This document shows positions 5,859 to 11,863 of a DNA stretch of 11,863 nt, piece after piece. Made by a program: the position numbers and the translations under genes. Numbering within the stretch: the first letter of the stretch is position 1; the number at the start of each line of letters is the position of its first letter. The notes beneath the pieces were generated by a model. That model saw nothing but the letters and a program-made list of their open reading frames with translations, was not told where the DNA came from and ran no database searches. Source of the DNA: an uncultured bacterium (GTDB lineage Bacteria > Hydrogenedentota > Hydrogenedentia > Hydrogenedentales > JAEUWI01); the NCBI GenBank assembly GCA_963977445.1, contig CAXBPH010000218.1:1-11863 (forward strand), written 5' to 3'.

Positions 5859-7667
5859 TTAGAGCGTCTCCACGCCGAGATGGCGCTTGATAAAGGCCAA
5901 GAAGAGCTCGCCGCGTAACGTGTCTTTGCCCTCCATCCCGGGTTGCACGTCACATTCGATTCCCAAGGCATCCATTTCTTTCTTGAGTGCATATCCGAAC
6001 CGGGGGTGATGTATTCCAATGCTGCGGTTCAGAATGGGCGCATCTTTTTCGCTCTTGTAGATGAGCAACGCGGGCGGGTCGTCTTTACTAAGATGGGGCA
6101 AGGCGGATACCGCATCAAAAAGTTGGTATTTCTCCTCGGGTAGCTCGTCCAGTTTCTTCAGATTCACGCCAAAAAGATTGGCGAGCGCGCTATTGGTCCA
6201 GGTGTCGGTTCCGGGAAAAAGATCGCGAATAAAACGGGGGTCGTAGGAAGTTTGTCCATTTTCCACCGCCATGCAGGTCAGACGCGTCGATTGGCGAAGT
6301 ATGGGATCGGCATTGTCGGGGTCGGCCATGTCATCATGAAATCCCAGCCAGAGGGAGAGGCCCGCCCCGGCGGATCCGCCGGAAGAAGCTATACGGGTGG
6401 GATCCATATTCCAGGCCCCGGCGTTGTGGCGGATAAATTGTATGGCCCGAGCGATATCATCGAATTGGGCGGGTGCGATGGCCTCGTCGGCGAAGCGATA
6501 GGTGAGGGTCACGACGGCGATGCCCGCTTCCAGGCATTCACGAAGATAGTGATTGCTTATCTTCTTCTGTCCATGACGAAAGGCACCACCATGGATGGAG
6601 AGCAGTACCGGCGCGGGGGTGGGGGAGTCCACCACCCAAACGTCCATCAGGTTTCGGTCGTGGGGACCATACTTCACATTGCGGTGGGTGGGCAGGACTG
6701 CAGGAACAAACAAGTCTTCATCATCGTCCAGGCCCATGAGATTGACGTTTCGGGTGAGCTGCTTATCGAAGAAGGCCATGGTCTCGTTCCACGCTGCTTC
6801 CGAAGCGACAGCGGAATTGCGAATGCCGTGGCCCCCTTCTTCCAGGAGCAGCAATTGGGTCTCCGGCTGAATGGGTGTCATGGCCTCGTACATCTGCACG
6901 GATTGCTGAAAGGGAACGGTGCCATCGTCTCTGCAATGCACCAGTAAGAGAGGGGCGTCATCCGCCGAGAGGTGATAGATGGGCGATGCCATCTTCCAGG
7001 CGTCACTGTCGGGGGAGAAGGCTTCCCCGATCCAGGCACCGTTGCTTTCCCGTTTCTCGTCTCGTTTATTGCTTTGCTGGCCGCCATCACTGAGGCGGGA
7101 GATAAAGTCGCTGACCCCGGCGAAGGAAACGGCGGCCTGGATGCGGCTGGACACACCGGCGTTCGCGCCCGCGCCTTCCAGGTCGGACTCGTCCGCCGTT
7201 ACGGCGAGCAATTGGGTAAGATGGCCGCCCGCCGATTGACCGAAGGCTCCGATACGTTTGGGGTCGATGTTGTAGCGCTCCCCGTTGGCCCGTAGAAAGC
7301 GAACTGCGGCTTTGGTGTCGCTGACCGTATCCAGGAAGGTGTGCTCTGGAGCCCCACGATAGCCGATGGACGCTGCCACGAATCCTGCTTCGGCAAGGCG
7401 TTGGGCTTCGGCGCCGAACTTCTCGCGGCTCTGCGCACGGAAACCACCACCGGGGATGACTACAATGGCGGGAACGGGTTTGCTCAGCCCGTGGGGAAAA
7501 TACAAATCGAGCTGGAGCGGACCGGACGGCGTGGACGTGAAGTCCAGGGCGCGATAGACATCAATAGTGGGGGAGATTGACTCGGGAGACTGAGCGATTC
7601 CTACCGGTGCCATGAGCACGATGGTTAGCAAGGCAATGAGCCTGTTTAAACTCGACGTAAAGGACAT
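5859..7667 (-). CDS. Secreted tandem alpha/beta hydrolase (602 aa): two HSL/BD-FAE-like esterase domains
   Basis: Start placed at ATG 7667 (SD GAGGA upstream), followed by signal-peptide-like MSFTSSLNRLIALLTIVLMAPVGIA. Domain 1: LDLY, IPGGGF, YR, GQSAGG, DDGTVP, GHG. Domain 2: MDVW, IHGGAF, YR, GGSAGA, DPPALL, IHHP. Confidence 0.92.
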   Translation of the reverse strand: MSFTSSLNRLIALLTIVLMAPVGIAQSPESISPTIDVYRALDFTSTPSGPLQLDLYFPHGLSKPVPAIVVIPGGGFRAQSREKFGAEAQRLAEAGFVAASIGYRGAPEHTFLDTVSDTKAAVRFLRANGERYNIDPKRIGAFGQSAGGHLTQLLAVTADESDLEGAGANAGVSSRIQAAVSFAGVSDFISRLSDGGQQSNKRDEKRESNGAWIGEAFSPDSDAWKMASPIYHLSADDAPLLLVHCRDDGTVPFQQSVQMYEAMTPIQPETQLLLLEEGGHGIRNSAVASEAAWNETMAFFDKQLTRNVNLMGLDDDEDLFVPAVLPTHRNVKYGPHDRNLMDVWVVDSPTPAPVLLSIHGGAFRHGQKKISNHYLRECLEAGIAVVTLTYRFADEAIAPAQFDDIARAIQFIRHNAGAWNMDPTRIASSGGSAGAGLSLWLGFHDDMADPDNADPILRQSTRLTCMAVENGQTSYDPRFIRDLFPGTDTWTNSALANLFGVNLKKLDELPEEKYQLFDAVSALPHLSKDDPPALLIYKSEKDAPILNRSIGIHHPRFGYALKKEMDALGIECDVQPGMEGKDTLRGELFLAFIKRHLGVETL

Positions 7668-7710
7668 GACACGTTCCTCGCTTCGCTTTTTTAAGCTATG
7701 TAGACGTAGA

Positions 7711-7739
7711 AATGTAACTATGGGCACAGAGGGCTTCAA
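7711..7739 (-). promoter_or_regulatory. Putative sigma70-type promoter of the hydrolase gene
   Basis: Minus strand TTGAAG (7739-7734), 17-nt spacer, TACATT (7716-7711), 43 nt upstream of ATG 7667, in an AT-rich stretch. Confidence 0.45.
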
Positions 7740-7923
7740 GATATCAATGTACGCCGCAGTATTTGATGCCATAACCCACAAAATTTAAACCACCAACGGC
7801 GTCTGGCATGCTGGCTACGGCAGCGGGGATATTCAGCTTCCCATTCGAGTTTTTTGCATTCATTCTGCTATCCAATATTCCCGGGTTGAGAACTTCGGTC
7901 GTGAAAACGTATCGGATAATCTC

Positions 7924-9210
7924 TCAACTCGCCGAGTTACCACGAAGACATGCCAACACATCAGGGCGTCCGATGGTGTCTTCCGGACCCAGCGTGGCAC
8001 CCGCTGCAACCAGTTTCATGGCGCAGGCCAGATAGTCCCCGTCGGGGTTGGGACAAAATGCGGGCGTCTGAACCGATGCAAAGGCCAGGCTCTGGGCTGC
8101 CGCCCCGCCGAATTCATTCTTGGCCGTTAAGTCGGCGCCTTCTTCGATGAGTCGCTGAAGAATTTGGGGATAGCCGCGCAATGCCGCCACGATCAACGGC
8201 GTATGCCCATGGTTCCATCGGGTATCCACCGGTACGCCGCAGTTCAACAAGGCTTCGACGGATTCGAGTTTGCCATTCCAGACCATATCTCCGAGCATGG
8301 TGTTTAGCGGAGGGGTCGCATTTTCCAACAGGTTGGCGTCATGTGCAACTTCCGCCTTCGCAGTGTCCACATCACCCAGGCGAATTGCAGCGGCAAATCG
8401 GTTGCGCGGTGAGGCATGGGGGCGCAGCAATTCATAGGCGTCGCGCTGTCCGCACCATGCGGCGACTTCGATAGGCGAGAGTCCACCCCCGAGACGCCAG
8501 AGATAGATGTTACCGCCTTTTTTCCCCATGGGGTCTTTGGTGGGTACGTCATAACGCCCCTCGCCAATACGCCATTCGATAGAATCCGGTTCTTCTTTTA
8601 AGCGCGCGGAAATGGTGACTCTATCGTCCCGCGCTATGGCCAGAAAAATATCAATGGTGGCTCCCTGCTCGACCAGATAATCCAGGACTTGGGGACGTTG
8701 CCGGACCATATACTGGGCGGCGGTTGACTCGTGATCGACACACCGGGCATCAATATTGGCCCCCCGGTCTAGAAGAAGTGTCGCCATGGCCACGCTTTGT
8801 GCATAGTGGAGGGGCAAGACACCGTCCCCACCGCGGGCGTGAACCTGTGTCGGGTCTTCCCGGAGGACCTCCAATACGGCCTCCTGATCATCCCAGCTGG
8901 TGTAGGTAAAGATGTCGGGCGTAGCGCCTCGCTCCACAAGGAGCCCCCCGATTTCTGGGTCCGTGCCTTCAAGTATATGGAAGGGTCCGGGCTCCCATTC
9001 ACTTTTTTGATTGATATCCGCACCGAACTCAAGCAATACATCGAGGAGGGGTAAGTTATCTTTCACCATGTGAACGGCGGTCTGACCGAAGGAAAACAAG
9101 GGCTGATTGATGAACGTATCTAAATCTTCGGCGGAAGCGAGGCATGCACGAAGTGGCTCCACCTCACCCTGGTAGACGACGGTGCAGAAGTGTTGCAAGT
9201 CAGTTGGCAT
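7924..9210 (-). CDS. Ankyrin-repeat protein (~428 aa)
   Basis: Repeated ankyrin signatures: GQTAVH...LLEFGADINQK, GVLPLHYA...LLLDRGANIDAR, LVEQGA, GHTPLIVAALRGYPQILQRLIEEGADLTAKN. ATG 9210 has TAAGGTG 6 nt upstream and is preferred over GTG 9219. Confidence 0.92.
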   Translation of the reverse strand: MPTDLQHFCTVVYQGEVEPLRACLASAEDLDTFINQPLFSFGQTAVHMVKDNLPLLDVLLEFGADINQKSEWEPGPFHILEGTDPEIGGLLVERGATPDIFTYTSWDDQEAVLEVLREDPTQVHARGGDGVLPLHYAQSVAMATLLLDRGANIDARCVDHESTAAQYMVRQRPQVLDYLVEQGATIDIFLAIARDDRVTISARLKEEPDSIEWRIGEGRYDVPTKDPMGKKGGNIYLWRLGGGLSPIEVAAWCGQRDAYELLRPHASPRNRFAAAIRLGDVDTAKAEVAHDANLLENATPPLNTMLGDMVWNGKLESVEALLNCGVPVDTRWNHGHTPLIVAALRGYPQILQRLIEEGADLTAKNEFGGAAAQSLAFASVQTPAFCPNPDGDYLACAMKLVAAGATLGPEDTIGRPDVLACLRGNSAS

Positions 9211-9377
9211 GGAAGACACCTTATTGGGTGTTACGATAAACAGGAAATTTCTGTTAGCCTAGCATGACGTAGAATACACATCAACATGAGCGCAGATGCC
9301 TGATGGGCCATTGTGGACACCTGATCGAATACCGCAGGAATACACACTCGTATGGGCCGGGGTGAATCAATTGAACG

Positions 9378-10595
9378 GTGAAAGAATTCGTTGTGACCGT
9401 AGTAAAAGATGAAATAGCGCCTGTTGCCCGACCCCGCTTGCAACATTCCGGGTTAGACGGGGTTCATTCTCAGCAATGGGATGCAGTCGTGGTGGGTGCC
9501 GGGGTTGCGGGGGCGACCATTGCCCGATTACTCGCAAAACGGGGCCATAGCGTGCTCCTGGTCGAGAAAAAGCAGTTTCCCCGCTACAAAGTTTGCGGCT
9601 GCTGCCTCAACCTTCGCAGTCTTCGACACCTCGACGAATGGGGCATCACGGAAAAGCTTAACACCCTCGGGGCACCAACACTCGATAGCCTCGCCCTCCA
9701 TTCCGGCGGCCAACAGGCCCAGATTCCCTTGCCCGGCGGCATGGCCGTCTCCCGCGATATCCTCGACTACACACTTGCCGAAGTCGCCATCGAGGGGGGC
9801 GCAGTCTTTCTCCCTGGGACAACGGCATCCCTTACGGATTCACCCATCGGACCGTTTCGTTCCTTGTGCCTGGAACAGGGCGAGGTAGCCCAGACCGTGA
9901 CGGCACGACTCGTGATAGCAGCCGATGGACTGGGAAGCAAATTGCTGCGCCAGAGCAACGGCAGCCGAGAAGAGATAGCCGCCCGTAGTTATATCGGTAT
10001 GGGAGCCCAGGTCGTCGATACCGATTCTGCGCTTTCCCTTGGACGCATTCACCTTTATTGCAGCGCCGTTGGCTACGTTGGCGCTGTGCGGATTGAAGAA
10101 AACAAAGTCGCCTTCGCGGCAGCGCTCCACCCGAAGAGGTTACGCGATTCAGGCACACCCGCCGATAGCATCCAATCCATCTACGGGGCCGTGCACCAGG
10201 AAGCCCCGGCGTGCCTGGAAGGCGCAAAATGGCAGGGCACCCCCCCCTTGACCCGACGGGCACCCACCATTACGGGAGAACGTCTCGTGGCATTGGGTGA
10301 CGCGGGGGGCTACGTAGAACCCTTTACCGGTGAAGGAATGGCCTGGGCGATGGATGCGGCTGCCTATCTGGATGAGCACCTGGCAACCTATCGTCCCGCA
10401 GCGTGGGACCAGGCCAGCGCAACGTGGGAAGGGGTCTACAAAAAGAAGATTCTCCCACAACGTATCTGGTGTCGGAGTATCAGCACCGCATTGCGTTTTC
10501 CCCGACTTACCACAAGCGCGGTGGCCTGTCTTTCATGGATGCCATCCCTTTCAAGTACCATTGTATCGGCCATCAATCGGCCCAAGCCCTCATAA
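9378..10595 (+). CDS. NAD(P)/FAD-dependent oxidoreductase (geranylgeranyl reductase/flavoprotein monooxygenase-like)
   Basis: Rossmann motif WDAVVVGAGVAG, EKKQFPRYKVCGCCL, SRDILD, IAADG and LGDAGGYVEPFTGEGMAWA. The exact start is uncertain (GTG 9378 or a later GTG). Confidence 0.92.
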   Translation: MKEFVVTVVKDEIAPVARPRLQHSGLDGVHSQQWDAVVVGAGVAGATIARLLAKRGHSVLLVEKKQFPRYKVCGCCLNLRSLRHLDEWGITEKLNTLGAPTLDSLALHSGGQQAQIPLPGGMAVSRDILDYTLAEVAIEGGAVFLPGTTASLTDSPIGPFRSLCLEQGEVAQTVTARLVIAADGLGSKLLRQSNGSREEIAARSYIGMGAQVVDTDSALSLGRIHLYCSAVGYVGAVRIEENKVAFAAALHPKRLRDSGTPADSIQSIYGAVHQEAPACLEGAKWQGTPPLTRRAPTITGERLVALGDAGGYVEPFTGEGMAWAMDAAAYLDEHLATYRPAAWDQASATWEGVYKKKILPQRIWCRSISTALRFPRLTTSAVACLSWMPSLSSTIVSAINRPKPS

Positions 10596-10669
10596 CGTTT
10601 GAAAACACTCCTATCCTGTTTAGCGGTGGGGAAGACGTTCGAATTAACTGGATTGGAAAAAGATTTACC

Positions 10670-11386
10670 ATGTTTCAAGACTTGAGCCAACGTGTTCCGG
10701 CCCTCGAAGAGATGGATCGCGAGGATATTCCTAAGAATGCCCTCGAAGGAGCCCTTAAGAGTCTCATCCGCATGAATAGCGTGGGGAACTGCGCGGCCAT
10801 CTTCTGGCCCGAGTTGCGAAAACTCTTGCAGCAGCGCACGGACGCAAACGGTCCGCTCCGTGTCCTGGATGTAGGCTGTGGTGCCGGCGATCTCACCTGG
10901 CGCTTGGAAGCTCGGGCGCAGCGAGAAGGTTATTCGCTGGTTGTCGACGGTTGCGACCTGAGTCCGGTTGCGATTTCCATGGCAACATCCCTCAACGAGA
11001 AACAAGGGGCCGCTGGAACATTCTTCGTGATGGATGCCGTCAACGACGAAATCCCCGAGGGCTATGACGTCATCCTGAGTTCGCTCTTTTTCCATCATCT
11101 CGACAACGAGGAAGGACGTATTGTATTACGGAAAATTGCCGACCGTGCGGGGACGGCGGTGTTGTTGAGTGACATGATTCGCTCGCGATTGGGCCTTGGG
11201 CTGGTCTATCTGGCCACACGAACGCTGAGTCGGTCGCCGGTGGTCCATGCAGACGGGGTAACGTCGCTTCTGGCGGCCTATACCACAACGGAAATCGTAG
11301 CACTCGCGGAGGAGCTTGGCTTACACGGTGCCACGCTGATGCGCCGTTGGCCCGAACGTTTCTTGATGACCTGGCAACGGGCCTGA
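10670..11386 (+). CDS. Class I SAM-dependent methyltransferase (238 aa), type commonly associated with type III PKS clusters
   Basis: VLDVGCGAGD, GCDLS, YDVILSSLFFHHL, DMIRS, N-terminal EEMD and C-terminal DGVTS..AAYT. ATG 10670 has GGAAAAAG upstream and avoids the 193-bp overlap implied by the 10403 start. Confidence 0.92.
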   Translation: MFQDLSQRVPALEEMDREDIPKNALEGALKSLIRMNSVGNCAAIFWPELRKLLQQRTDANGPLRVLDVGCGAGDLTWRLEARAQREGYSLVVDGCDLSPVAISMATSLNEKQGAAGTFFVMDAVNDEIPEGYDVILSSLFFHHLDNEEGRIVLRKIADRAGTAVLLSDMIRSRLGLGLVYLATRTLSRSPVVHADGVTSLLAAYTTTEIVALAEELGLHGATLMRRWPERFLMTWQRA

Positions 11387-11741
11387 AACAGACGTGGCCG
11401 TTAAGGAAAGAAGTGTCTTCGCTAAACCGCAAAGAGCAAGTGGCATCCGGCATCAGTACGTCTTGTAGACTCACTATATTTGCAGTTTATTACCATCAAA
11501 AGGTTGTTTCAGAAAGCCACTGCTTTTTATTGGTTCATGGGCAATTAGTGGGGATGATTCAATTGATACTTCAAGTGCCGGAGGCAATAGGATGACTCGA
11601 TGGGTTCTTGCGAATCATGTCGTCACGTAACTTTTTGCAGATAAAACGACAAACCATGGACGTGCCGCGCGATCTGGTACTCCAGTTCGTGCGAAGGGGC
11701 TGTGGGACATCGTTGGGATCTATTGTAGTTGTGGGAAGTCT

Positions 11742-11861
11742 TCAAGAGGCCATTGGGAACAGAGCATTGTGCTTGGCCTTGGCCTTGATGTAGAGACGTA
11801 GTCGTATATCCCAATCCGCGCACGAATCCTCCAACGGCGCATCTTCGACCGAAATACCGGA
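11742..11861 (-). CDS. Probable 3' end of a gene entering from the right edge (...SGISVEDAPLEDSCADWDIRLRLYIKAKAKHNALFPMAS*)
   Basis: Frame is open from the edge to TGA at 11744-11742. It is the most protein-like of the three minus frames, but the other two are also open for some distance. Confidence 0.4.
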   Translation of the reverse strand, partial: SGISVEDAPLEDSCADWDIRLRLYIKAKAKHNALFPMAS

Positions 11862-11863
11862 TC

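Noticed and set aside
7668..7781. N-terminal extension of the hydrolase in the ORF track (640 aa)
   Set aside because: The SD, signal peptide and predicted promoter all support ATG 7667.
10403..10669. N-terminal extension of the methyltransferase (327 aa version)
   Set aside because: It overlaps the oxidoreductase by 193 bp, and family-like sequence begins at Met 10670.
9366..11567. 10-bp inverted pair ATCAATTGAA (9366-9375) / TTCAATTGAT (11558-11567) flanking the oxidoreductase-methyltransferase pair
   Set aside because: Short and mostly a self-palindromic core, with no transposase or target-site duplication seen. Compatible with chance.
11772..11787. Short tandem CTTGGC repeat
   Set aside because: Under three copies, and explained by KAKAK codons on the minus strand.
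11623..11823. 66-aa minus-strand ORF and 61-82 aa plus-strand ORFs near the right edge
   Set aside because: No motifs and atypical composition. An alternative frame ending at 11742 looks more protein-like.
1..11863. CRISPR arrays, tRNA/rRNA, IS elements, or a known kinase-based defence system (e.g. BREX/Pgl PglW, Stk2)
   Set aside because: No spaced repeats, RNA gene signatures, transposase/integrase or the hallmark partner genes were seen by eye. A covariance-model or DefenseFinder search was not possible.

Overview
GC-rich bacterial chromosomal window (taxon not assignable from sequence alone) with no RNA genes, CRISPR array or mobile element visible. The left part (minus strand) holds three closely spaced genes. 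The first is a tail-anchored Hanks-type pseudokinase with HRD->YKN and DFG->NFG. The second is its apparently active paralog, a transmembrane Ser/Thr kinase with a long helical-repeat/Ig-like ectodomain. The third is an unusual fusion of a degenerate class I methyltransferase-like domain to a DEDDy 3'-5' exonuclease. The middle holds a small membrane protein, a secreted two-domain alpha/beta hydrolase and an ankyrin-repeat protein. The right part holds an FAD-dependent oxidoreductase plus methyltransferase pair of the kind usually found beside a type III PKS, but no PKS is adjacent here. Probable 3' ends of genes lie at both window edges. The best candidate for an undescribed system is the pseudokinase/receptor-kinase paralog pair, possibly linked to the methyltransferase-exonuclease fusion.
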